From positions 1,591,769 through 1,655,768 of the forward strand of contig NW_003314271.1 in assembly GCF_000143415.4 (NCBI RefSeq): a DNA stretch of 64,000 nt, read 5' to 3'. Positions 1 through 10,456 of the stretch are shown in pieces. Source of the stretch: Selaginella moellendorffii (taxonomy: Eukaryota; Plantae; Lycopodiophyta). Positions within the stretch are counted from its first letter, which is position 1. Every line of letters begins with the position of its first letter. The notes beneath the pieces were generated by a model that was given only the letters and a program-made list of their open reading frames with translations, had not been told where the DNA came from and made no database searches. The position numbers were made by a program, and so were the translations under genes.

Positions 1-103
1 TTCCCTTCCAACCTATAGTGCTTGATAGATGCTGGATTGGATCCAAAAGAACAATGGTTGTAGTGATCGATGTTCGTCAAAGTTTATGAATCCAAACAGA
101 TGA

Positions 104-1536
104 TTAGATGTTCTTGAGTGTGCACAGCATACCCAAGGGGAAACTGGGCTCGAAGAAGCTCCCACTCAAGATTTGCCTCGTGATGATCCGGTTTGCTGCT
201 TCGGTGTAGTGAACTCCATCCCAATTGAGAAACGCAGATGGATTCTTACAAGTCGTTGACGCCACCGTCTTCCCAGCCATCACTTTGCTCTCCCCACATT
301 GCACCGCAAAATTGTAATTGTAGTTCCCTCCAATCCCACAGCAGGCCTTGGTGGCAAACTGGAATCCTGTAAAGTCAACCATGGTCAGAGATTCGTTGAC
401 CGCTTATGTTCTTGTGGTGTTACCATTGCTCGCAGCCTTGAGGGTAAGCGAATATTTGATGTCATAAGTGTTCGTGTAGATTATAGTGCTGCCTGGGAGC
501 TGGCTACGGAGGCTGCTCAAAGCCTGCTTGAGCAAGCCATTGTAGTGCTGCGTGACTTGGTTGAATTCGATAGCGCACCCAGCTTGATCGTAGCTCACCC
601 GGAGATTTGGGAAGTTTGTGAGGAAGTATGGGATGCAGCCCTGGGGCCCAACGTCCGAGACTAGGAATGTTCGTCCTCCCTCGGCATACACGCCCTGTGT
701 AGATTCAATGCAAACACACAAAAGGTATCTTCAGCGAAATCTATATGTAAGAGTTTTTCCATGTCGTCGACCTTGACAAGCGCGATGATTCCATCCACTG
801 CCCGGAAAATGTATGCTTTGAGCTGGTCGAAGTTCATGTTTCGGTTGTATCCATAGCTAAAGTCGTTCCCGCCAATGTCGACGATGTAGAGCGCTCGAGA
901 GAAGGCATCCCTGGCGGGAAGAGCGTTGAGAGAGTTCCCTGGGAACATCATGATTGATCAAGAATGTATGAGCGGGAAATGTAGCTATCAATCTTGGAGA
1001 GAACGGAATGGAATAGATCCGGGGATTCATATCCTTGCCTGTTACAAGGACTTTTTGCTTGAACTCTCGAAACTGGTTGAGCTGGACGTTCAGCGAGAAA
1101 GGGCTGATGTAAGTCACGGCTTGGGACGTCGCTCCAGCCGTGGCGAAGTTGACGCCAGTGGTGAAGTTGGATCCCACCGCTTGGAAGAAGGAACTTAGAT
1201 ATGGAATTCCTAGAGCTTCAGCTATTGCAGTGAAACAACAAAGAAGAACTCAGTGCAATTCAAGCTTGTATAGTGAAACACTTCACTTATGAAATCGATT
1301 CCAAGGCGGCCATCGCTGTATCTCAGGAATGGCCTCCCGGGAAACGTCATGCCATAGGGTGGGAACTCGGATTGGCTGAAAGTCGGGAATGCCGTCTGGA
1401 TTCCTCCGGTATCGGAGGTGGAATCTCCAAAGTTGAAAATGGCAGGAAACACACAGGCCGAAGATGCGCCCAAGAATCCCCCAAAGATTCCACTCCCCGC
1501 CGCCAGCAGCACGAGAAAACTCGCATGGAATTCCAT
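104..1536 (-). CDS. GDSL/SGNH esterase-lipase, secreted, multi-exon
   Basis: Signal peptide followed by AIFNFGDSTSDTG (block I), GVNFATAGA (block II), IGGND (block III) and WDGVHYTEAAN (block V), spread over ORFs 1222-1536, 857-1177, 661-951, 404-721 and 104-382 and separated by short introns. Confidence 0.95.
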
Positions 1537-1660
1537 GGTGCTCCTATGTTTTGCCCCAAGTTTTTAAACCTCTCAAAAGCTGACGTGGTATGCCACGTGT
1601 GTATCATACGTGGCAGATTTAAATTCTACTCTTTGGCGGCTAGGGTTTGAAGCTCTGGCT

Positions 1661-2620
1661 ATGGCGGAGAATGTGGCTCGCGATCTTGTTCTTCCAGGCG
1701 CGACACTTCACGCGGATGGATCCTTCTCGCGCCAGGCTATCTGCCATCCTGTTTCAGCGAGATCGGATTCATCTAGTTCGATTGTTTCCAGGGATGTGAC
1801 CATCGACGATGGCCTCGGCCTGTGGGCGAGGATCTTCCTGCCCAAGCGCCTCAAAGGCGAATGCGTGGATCCAAATGCCCTAAAATCCCCAGTGCTGATG
1901 TACTTCCATGGCGGTGGCTTCGTCGCGATGAGCGCGAGCTTCTTTGGTTTTCATGACTTCTGCGAGGAGATTTCCAGGTGGCTGGGAGTGCTCGTCGTCT
2001 CCGTGGAATACCGACTAGCGCCCGAGAATCGCCTCCCAGTGGCGTACGAGGATGGATTCGCGGCGCTCAAGTGGCTGGGACAAGATCAGGGAGGGCTCAG
2101 CGACCCATGGCTCGCGGCCCATGCCGATCTCTCCAGCGTGTTCTTGGTGATAGCTCTGGTGCCAATCTCGCGCACCATTTGAGCGTCCGGGCGGCCGCTC
2201 CTGCGAGCTGGGGTGATCTGGGACCAGTGCGAATCGTGGGCCGCGTGTTGATCCAGCCCTCTTTCGCGAGCGTGGCGAGGAAGCCGTCGGAGATGCTGCG
2301 CGACGATCCAAGCAAGGTCTCGCCCAGCACGCTGATGATGGATCGGTTCTGGGAGCTGGCTCTGCCGATTGGGGCGAGCAGAGATCATCCTTTTTGCAAC
2401 ATCGCGTTGGCCAAGGGCGATCTTGCCGGGATCCTCCTGCCCCGGACGCTTGTCGTTGTGGGGGGGCTGGATGTTGTTCGCGATCACGGCGTGGAGTACT
2501 CCGGGATTCTCCGCGAGTGTGGCAAAAATGTCAAGCTTGTTGAGTTTGAGAGCTGCGATCACGCATTCTACTTGAACGGTAGTACGGAGAGCACGTCCCG
2601 TTCTTACACGACTAGATGCG
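1661..2620 (+). pseudogene. Carboxylesterase (CXE, alpha/beta-hydrolase fold-3), frameshifted
   Basis: HGGGF and YRLAPENRLP are in one frame; GDSSGANLAH, D and HAF are in another. The frame break is at ~2146 (ttcttggtgatagc) with no intron-sized gap. The 3' end is also disturbed relative to the paralogs. Confidence 0.8.
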
Positions 2621-2678
2621 TGAACTTGCAGTACGGATGCAGCTTTATTTTATGTACGGACAGATAATACTTTTAGGG

Positions 2679-3632
2679 CTAAGCGAATATACCTTGGGCG
2701 AATGTAGCTACCTTGTCGAGGAAGTGAGCCGTTTCCTGGGATTCCAGAGCGATGTAGAAGGCGTGTGCAGCGTTCTCGATCACCAGGAGCTCGAGATCCT
2801 TGCTAGAACCTCCCATTGTCTCCATGAATTCCTTTGCTCGATCGCAGAGCACGTCCTCGCCGCCCGCGACGATGAGGGTCTTGGGCAGGGGGTGATCCGG
2901 CGCTGCTACGCGGCAGTAGGGATGATCTCTGTCGGCCCCAATCGGCAACGCGAGCTCCCAGAATCGATCGCACATATCCGTGCTGATTAGTGGAGTGGGC
3001 GACCGGTGCTTGGTCTCGGATGGAACCCGAGCGACGCCGCCAAAGAAAGGCTGGATCAAGACGGTGCCCACGACCTGGATATCGCTCATGGCAGGATCCT
3101 CGGCCGCCGCAAGCATCGGGAGCATATGGTGGACGAGATTCGCGCCAGAGCTGTCACCCACGAGCAAGGTCTTGGAGAGATCGGCGTGAGCGGCAAGCCA
3201 AGGATCCTTGCGCCCTCCTTGCTCTTGAGCGAGCCACTTGAGCGCCGCGAATCCATCGTGGTACGCCGCGGGGAGCCGATTCTCGGGAGCCAGCCGATAG
3301 TTGACCGAGATCACGATCGCGCCCATTTTCTTGGCGAGGAGCTCGCAGAGGACGTGGTACTCCATGGTATCGGCGGTGAAGCACACGAATCCGCCGCCAT
3401 GGAAGTAGAACGCTACTGGAACTTGCCTGGAGTGGTGGATCACTTGATCGGCAGGGAGGAAGATCCTCGCCCAGAGGCCGCGCTCCTCGTCGATGATCAC
3501 GTCTCGCGAGGCGATTGGATGGGCGCCGGGATTTGCCTCGACGCAAAGGGATTTTGGCATGGATCTACGAGCAAAGGATCGATCAGCGAAGAACACTCCA
3601 TCCGGGAATTCCATAGCAACTTTGGGCGCCAT
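2679..3632 (-). CDS. Carboxylesterase (CXE family), intronless, 317 aa
   Basis: HGGGF, YRLAPENRLP, GDSSG nucleophile, D in GEDVL and catalytic His in HAF. Confidence 0.95.
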   Translation of the reverse strand: MAPKVAMEFPDGVFFADRSFARRSMPKSLCVEANPGAHPIASRDVIIDEERGLWARIFLPADQVIHHSRQVPVAFYFHGGGFVCFTADTMEYHVLCELLAKKMGAIVISVNYRLAPENRLPAAYHDGFAALKWLAQEQGGRKDPWLAAHADLSKTLLVGDSSGANLVHHMLPMLAAAEDPAMSDIQVVGTVLIQPFFGGVARVPSETKHRSPTPLISTDMCDRFWELALPIGADRDHPYCRVAAPDHPLPKTLIVAGGEDVLCDRAKEFMETMGGSSKDLELLVIENAAHAFYIALESQETAHFLDKVATFAQGIFA

Positions 3633-3645
3633 TGTTAAAAAATGC

Positions 3646-3723
3646 TATAGGGATACTTTGCTTTAAAGACGGCGATATCACGGACTTATAGGGATACTTT
3701 TCTTTAAAGACGGCGATACCATG
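3646..3723. repeat. Tandem direct duplication, ~41-bp unit x2
   Basis: tatagggatacttt(g/t)ctttaaagacggcgata at 3646 and 3687, immediately upstream of the CXE start at 3632. Confidence 0.9.
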
Positions 3724-3778
3724 GCGCGTGGACCTTGAGGAGATGGAATACGGTGAGATTGCTTATGCCAGCCAATTT

Positions 3779-4780
3779 CTAAACCTTGGAATTAATCTTT
3801 GGGATTAAACCATGGACGAATGCAGATATTTTCTCGAGGAGCTGGGCGGTTTTCTCGGACTCTGGAACAATGTAGAAGGCGTGACCGGCATTCTCGACGA
3901 CCAGGAGCTCAAGATCCTTTCCACACTCTCGCATCACCTCCGCGAATTCCACCACGCGATCGCACAGAACGTCCTCGCTGCCAGCGACGACCAAGGCCTT
4001 GGGCAGAGCTTCGATTTCGCGCAGCTGGGCTTTGAGATCCGGCGCAACGACATGGCAGTAGGGGTGATCCCTGCTCGCTCCGATTGGCAGCGCGAGCTCC
4101 CACAATTGATCGCTCAGATCCGTCGTGAGCGTCGAATTGGGCGGTTGGGGCTTGGTCTCGGATGGGAACCGAGCAATCCCGCCAAAGAATGGCTGGATCA
4201 AGACCTGTCCCATGATCCGCATCTCGCCCAAATCCTCCACTGCTGCTCGCACTGTGACATGGTGCGCGAGATTTCCCCCGGCGCTATCGCCCATCACCAG
4301 GATCTTGGACAGATCGGCATGGGAAGCGAGCCATGGATCTCTGCGCCCACCCTGCTCGTCCGCGAGCCACTTGAGCGCCGCGAATCCATCCTCGTATGCT
4401 GCCGGGAGCCGATTCTCGGGAGCTAGCCTGTAGTTCACGCCAATCACGAGGGCTCCCAGTTTCTCGGCGATGCTCGAGCAGAGGACATGGAAGATGAAGA
4501 AATCGGCGGACAAGGTCACGAATCCCCCGCCGTGGAAGAAAAGCACTACTGGGAGCTTGGGAGAATCGCCCTCGCCCTTACCTTGGACTTGATCGGTGGG
4601 GAGAAAGATCCTCGCCCAAATGCCGTGCTCCTCGTCGATCACCGCGTCCCTCGAGGCGATTGGACTGGCGCTGGGATTCGCTGGAACGCGCAGGAATTTG
4701 GGCATCGATTTGCGAGCAAAGGATCGATCCACGAAGAACACTCCATCGGGGAATTCCCTGGCGATCTCCGGGGACGCCAT
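3779..4780 (-). CDS. Carboxylesterase (CXE family), intronless
   Basis: ATG at 4780 (MASPEIAREF); HGGGF, GDSAGG, SEDVL and HAF motifs; close paralog of 2679-3632. Confidence 0.95.
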   Translation of the reverse strand: MASPEIAREFPDGVFFVDRSFARKSMPKFLRVPANPSASPIASRDAVIDEEHGIWARIFLPTDQVQGKGEGDSPKLPVVLFFHGGGFVTLSADFFIFHVLCSSIAEKLGALVIGVNYRLAPENRLPAAYEDGFAALKWLADEQGGRRDPWLASHADLSKILVMGDSAGGNLAHHVTVRAAVEDLGEMRIMGQVLIQPFFGGIARFPSETKPQPPNSTLTTDLSDQLWELALPIGASRDHPYCHVVAPDLKAQLREIEALPKALVVAGSEDVLCDRVVEFAEVMRECGKDLELLVVENAGHAFYIVPESEKTAQLLEKISAFVHGLIPKINSKV

Positions 4781-4830
4781 TGACAAACTTTTAATGCCTG
4801 TTGTGAGAGCAACTCCAACGATAGAGAGGG

Positions 4831-4842
4831 TGCCACGTGGCA
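4831..4842. promoter_or_regulatory. Perfect palindromic G-box TGCCACGTGGCA in the ~150-bp divergent CXE/DRP1 spacer
   Basis: Exact sequence match to the plant bZIP/bHLH G-box; function not demonstrated. Confidence 0.55.
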
Positions 4843-4929
4843 GGGGGTGTTTTTTTTTAAAAGGCTATTTTTTCCCTCGCTTTTTGAAATTTAGGGCTCA
4901 TGTGATTTTTGGGGCATTCTTGTTTGGCG

Positions 4930-7589
4930 ATGGAGAGCTTGATCGGGCTCGTGAACAAGATCCAGAGGGCTTGCACTGTGCTCGGCGATTATGGAGGCGA
5001 TCACTCCATGCCGACGCTGTGGGAATCGCTCCCGTCCGTGGCTGTTGTTGGAGGTCAGGTAAATGCCAGGGCTTCTTTTTATCTGTTTCTTCTGAATCTT
5101 GACAGCAATCAGAGCTCGGGAAAATCATCTGTGCTGGAAAGCGTCGTCGGCCGCGACTTTCTTCCCAGAGGATCAGGTAATCACAAGAAAAGGCAAAGAA
5201 CCACAAAGAATCTGGATCTTATCAGCGTTTGCTACTTAGGCATTGTTACCAGGAGGCCTTTGGTGCTCCAGCTCCACAAAACAGAGGGTGGCCAGGAGTA
5301 TGCGGAGTTTCTGCATAACCCGAAGATCAAGTTCTCGGACTTTTGTAAGTTTCCAGTCTTCCAAAGAAGCTTTTGGAAATTTATTTCCTTATTTTAGTTC
5401 CCTGGCAGCACTTGTGAGGAAGGAGATCGAGGATGAGACTGACAGAATGACTGGCCATACGAAGCAAATATCACCAGTACCTATTCATTTGAGCATCTAC
5501 TCTCCAAATGGTACTTGTCTTTCTCATCCTGTGAAGTTTTCAATGCCGTGGTTTGTTTATTCAGTTGTCAACCTGACTCTCATTGATTTGCCCGGATTGA
5601 CTAAAATTGCTGTCGGCAAGTGCATTTCTTTTTCTAAGATGATGTGCCTTCTTATACGTGTTGTTTTGCTACAGAGGGTCAACCGGATAGCATAGTGGCA
5701 GACATTGAAAATATGGTCCGATCTTATGTCGAAAAGGTATGCTAGTGTTCACTGACTTTCCAAATTGTTTACTTGAGACAGTCGTACAGCAAAACAGCAT
5801 CATTCTAGCCATCTCTCCAGCAAACCAAGACATTGCTACTTCTGATGCCATGAAACTGGCAAAAGAAGTTGATCCAACAGGTATGAGTTCATGCTCTCGT
5901 ATTTAGTTGTGAATGCCACAAATCTGTTAGACAGGCGAACGAACTTTTGGAGTGCTGACAAAACTTGACCTCATGGACAAGGGTACAAACGCTCTCGAGG
6001 TTATCGATTTTCTTTACTTGGGATAATCGGAGAATATCGTGTTTCTGCAGGTTCTCGAAGGTCGTGCGTATCGTTTACAGTTTCAGTGGGTTGGCGTTGT
6101 CAATCGTTCGCAAGCCGATATTAACAAAAGCGTGGACATGATAGCAGCGCGAAAAAAGGAACGCGAGTTTTTTGCAAGCAGCCCTGACTATGGACACTTG
6201 GCAAGCCGTATGGGATCGGAGTATTTAGCAAAAATGCTCTCCAAGGTGCGGTTTTCGTGTCATGTGCAACTGACTTCTGACATTGTTTTTACTTGTCGCA
6301 GCACCTTGAAACTGTGATCAAAACTCGTCTGCCGAGCATTCTGGCGTTGATAAACAAGAGTATTGATGAACTAGAACAGGAACTGAATCAGCTCGGGAGG
6401 CCGATTTCCCACGATGCCGGAGTATGGTTCCACCGTGTTTGCTCATGCGTAAGTTCTTACTCGGCTATTATCTCTTTCAGGCGCAACTGTACACGATTTT
6501 GGAGCTTTGCCGCGCCTTCGATCACGTTTTCAAAGCTCACTTGGATGGAGGGTAATATTATTTTTACAAAAGTCAGTTATTCTTACAGATCCTTGCAGAA
6601 GGCCTGGCGGTGAGCGCATCTATGTCGTGTTTGACAATCAACTTCCTGCCGCTCTCAAGAAACTACCAGTCGACAAGCATCTATCCATGCAAAACGTGAG
6701 AAAGATTGTAACGGAGGCCGATGGATACCAGCCACACCTGATCGCTCCGGAACAAGGATATAGACGCCTTATCGAAGGAACACTGGGCCTTTTCAGAGGG
6801 CCAGCAGAGGCGGTTGTGGATGCGGTATGCTAAAACTTCATGCTGGATCTTAACTGATAAATCTCGTGCAGGTACATTCCGTGTTGAAAGAGCTCGTAAG
6901 GAAAGCAATTGCGGAAACTCAAGTAAGTACTCTTTCAGCTCTGCATCACTGTCAGTTTTTTTATCTCAGGAACTGAAGCGTTTTCCAACGCTCCAAGCCG
7001 AGTTAGCTGCTGCCACGACCGAGGCACTAGAAAGATTCCGGGACGAGAGCCGAAAGTTTGTTCTCAGACTGGTGGACATGGAAGCCAGCTACTTGACTGT
7101 GGAGTACTTTCGCAAGCTTCCACCAGAGCTGGAAAAGGGAGGGAATCCCTCCGCCCTGACTGCTGATCGCTACACCGAAGCTCATCTCCGCAAGATTGGT
7201 AGAGTTCTCTTTGCCGTTTTCTCTGGTCTCAAAAGCTTACCAGTTCTATCTTTCCAGGGTCTCACGTAACCTCTTACATTATGATCGTATGTGAAACCTT
7301 GCGGCATTCCATTCCAAAGGCAGTAGTACACTGTCAAGTGCGTGAAGCCAAGCGCACATTGCTGGATACTTTCTATACTCAAGTTGGCAAAAAAGAGGTA
7401 ACACGTCGTGTAGATCGTTTTATTTGCCGGCCGATCGTGACACCCTCTTTAATGGCACAGGAGAAGCAGCTCCTCCAAATGCTCGACGAAGACCCCGCAT
7501 TGATGGAGCGGAGAGTCGCACTGGCAAAGCGCTTGGAGCTGTACAAAAACGCCCGAGACGACATTGACGCGGTGATGTGGGGGAAGTAG
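4930..7589 (+). CDS. DRP1: Dynamin-related protein 1 (DRP1/phragmoplastin type), ~15 exons
   Basis: [20 protein letters not shown] start, [14 protein letters not shown]-loop, [19 protein letters not shown], and a GED ending [11 protein letters not shown]...DAVMWGK. Confidence 0.96.
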
Positions 7590-7594
7590 AAAAT

Positions 7595-8685
7595 CTAGAA
7601 ACCCGGAAGCTCGTCGTTCACTCACACTGCGATACCCGAAACATCTCGAGCAGCAGCAGCAGCAGCAGTACAATCGCTCTGGCCATCTTGGAGTTAGATC
7701 ACAACAACACAATGGAGACTTGAAAGAGACTAACTTACATCTCGGCACTCGCGCTGGAGGAGCAGCAGTTTTTGGCACTGAGACTCCAACTCCAGGTGGT
7801 AAGCAGCGGACACTTGTTTGAGCTTGGATCTTCTCTTCTCAATCGCAGCAGCTGGAAAAATGGAAACTAAGAAACGTTAGAACACCAAGGAATAAAACTT
7901 TGGAGCGCTAGAACACATTGTTTACCTCTAGCAGGATTGGCAGTGCTCGTAGTAGTCACGGGAGAGAGCCGAGGACTTGGGGTGGAAGACATCCTTTGCG
8001 ACGCCCCTCCAGCCACGGACACGCTAACCGGTCCCGCAAAGCTAGCCGGCGATACCAAGAATCCTCCAGGAGCGCGAGCTCCTGGCGGAGGTGGCGGCGG
8101 TGGCGGCGGCCCTGCCATGAAATTCATACCGCCACCATTGGCAAATCTCCAATCTTCCGTCGCTGGCGCTGGAGCTCGCTTTGATCCCACTCGTCGTACC
8201 GGGCCAGCGTTTGGAGGAGGTGGCGGGGAAGCTATGGCGGCCGCGTAGCTCGTTGGCGAGAGCGCATGGAGAGGCATGGTGAGAGATACCGGGAGAGGCA
8301 TCGCAGCGGGGGCGGTGGCCCATGGAGGATTCGAGGGCGGCTCTCTGTCGTCGTGGAACTCTTCGATCCTTTTGTGGATTCGTCTTGGAACGGGAGGCTG
8401 CTGGAGATTCTGGGAGGGAATTCGATGGAGCTGCTGCTGCTGCTGCTGGATTTGGTGCTGGTAGAAGTGGTAGATCGGGGCTCCCTGAGGAGGCGCCGGC
8501 GTGAGCATCGATCGCTTGCGTTCTTGCGGCGGCGGCGGCTGGAATTGGAAGGGCTGGATCATCGGTAGCTGCTGCTGCTGCTGCGTGGATTTCACGAGAC
8601 CTACCATGGATTGCGATGGCACTGTTGGGACGAGGACCTCGGGAAGCCGCCGGGCTTTCTTGGCGCTTGGAACGCCCGCTTCCAT
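7595..8685 (-). CDS. Hypothetical Pro/Gln-rich protein with a short C-terminal coiled-coil-like exon
   Basis: ATG at 8685 (MEAGVPSAKKARR, NLS-like); long exon to a GT donor at ~7925; AG acceptor at ~7853 gives AAAIEKRRSKLKQVSAAYHLELESQCQKLLLLQRECRD. 3' end uncertain. Confidence 0.6.
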
Positions 8686-8722
8686 TCTGGAATACAAGGA
8701 AATCGAAGAGCCCTAAACCTCC

Positions 8723-9797
8723 ATGGCTAGGGTTCCTCAAGAAAATGATGGCATTGCGTGGGAAAGGCGCCAAGGGGATTCTTACCGCGTTAGCGAGGAA
8801 GAAATCGCGGCATTTCACCGCGATGGCTACGTGCATCTCCAGGTAAGAGCTCCATTCGATCGATTCGATGGATTGATCTCTCTCGGGATTAGGGAGTCTT
8901 GGCGGAGGATGAGATCGCGCAGCTCGAGCGTGAATTCATGGCGTTCCTGAGGCGTGAGATTCGCGTGGAAGGGCGGGATTTCTGCGACATGTCCGCGGAT
9001 TACTCCAAGCCAGTGGAGAGCTTCTCGATCATCAACATCATGCTTCCTTCCAAGTAAGAACTTTCGTTTATTCTTATCGATAGATGATAGATCGATGAGT
9101 GATCCATCTCCTCTTCCAGATACAATCCCTCTCTCAAAGGAAACATCTACCAGCGGAGAGCCGCCTCGATCTCACAGCAACTCCTGGGCGATGGCATGGT
9201 TTTCGACTACGATCAACTCCTCGCAAAGCCTCCAAACAAGCCGGACGCCGAATTCAAGTGGTAAGTTCGTCCAAGTTCTCCATCACTGTGCTCGTCATGG
9301 TTTCTTCCAGGCACCAAGATCTAGCCTACTGGCCGGTGACCAAGGACACCAGGACCGCCTCCTTCTGGCTCGCCATAGACGACTCCACCATCCAGAATGG
9401 CTGCTTGCAGTTCGTCCCAGGAACACACCTCGAGCACCAGCTCCGCGATCACGGCCCGGCTCACGGCGATCGCGAGAAATCCCACACTCTATTCGCTACT
9501 CTCGCGCCAGCCGACGCTCCAAAAGCCATGGAGATCCGCCGGGGCGACGTGACCGTCCACCACGAACGCTTGCTCCATGGATCCAGTGGCAATCTCAGCT
9601 CGGATAGCTGGAGGAGAGCTTGGGTGATCGCGTTTCGCAGCAAAGAGACCGTGGAGGAAGAACGTCGCATTGGCTTCACGCACTCTCACAACGATAAGCT
9701 CGAGGTGTTAAACTCGGTTGGCAGGGAAGGGGATTCGAACCGCGACGCATCTGGAATTTCCGGGAGTGGGCAGGATTCGAACCCGCGACCCAGCTAA
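8723..9797 (+). CDS. Phytanoyl-CoA dioxygenase-family (PhyH) Fe(II)/2OG dioxygenase
   Basis: FHRDGYVHL, W/HQDLAYWP (HxD), NGCLQFVPGTH, and HHERLLHGS...N...RRA (distal His and 2OG Arg); several short introns. Confidence 0.9.
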
Positions 9798-9872
9798 ACT
9801 CGGGAAGGCGATTCGAACCGCGACGCGTTTGGTGTTTTCGTGAAGGGACCGGAGTCGAGCCCGCGACGGGGG
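9710..9872 (-). repeat. Four tandem tRNA T-arm / Pol III B-box-like motifs at ~40-bp period
   Basis: Plus-strand core GATTCGAACC(C)GCGAC at ~9732, 9774 and 9810, with a degenerate copy at 9852. On the minus strand it reads GTCGCG(G)GTTCGAATC. Confidence 0.75.
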
Positions 9873-10456
9873 TGACACGTCACACGTCCGCGTCAGCTTT
9901 AACCACCCAGAGGGTTAACCCATCGCCAAAACCACACAGTCGTGGTAAAACCATTCGCCTTGGATGTAAAGAACATAAAATTGCAAACCCGCCTCTCCAT
10001 TGGGCGACGTGTTCATTGTTGTGGTTTTGGTTTAGGTATTTCAAAACGGGAGAGACGCAAGGATCAGTGACGAGCGCGACAAACCGAGTATCGCTCGCGG
10101 CGCGGGGGCGCGCTTGATGCGGTCTTGGAGCTTGGAGCTAAATCCGCGGCGCGCGGCTGTCACAGGTCTGGCCAGATTTCTGGTGTTGGGAAATTTCCTC
10201 CTTGGCCCTCGCTGAGCCCCGGCTGCCAGGGCATAGCTTCGGCTCGAAAGGCGCGGGGAGATCCTGGATTGGGCGCTCCTTTTCTTGCATCTGGCCGATT
10301 TGATTCCGGTGATTGCAGTGGCAGCGCTCCCTTCATTGTGGCTGTGTTTCGACCCGCGCAATCGATCAATTTTGGCATTCTGGTTCTCGGGGCTGGGGGG
10401 CGCCAGCTCCCTAAGCATGCGCAAGCACAGGCATTGTCACTAGGAAGGTATCAAGC

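Noticed and set aside
1661-4780. Possible GID1 gibberellin receptors (GDSSG motif)
   Set aside because: They have HGGGF rather than HGGSF, keep the catalytic His (HAF) and lack the GID1 N-terminal lid; these are ordinary CXEs.
9710-9872. Intact tRNA gene or CRISPR-like array
   Set aside because: No D-arm or anticodon arm and no cloverleaf; repeats are degenerate with related spacers; eukaryotic context with no cas genes.
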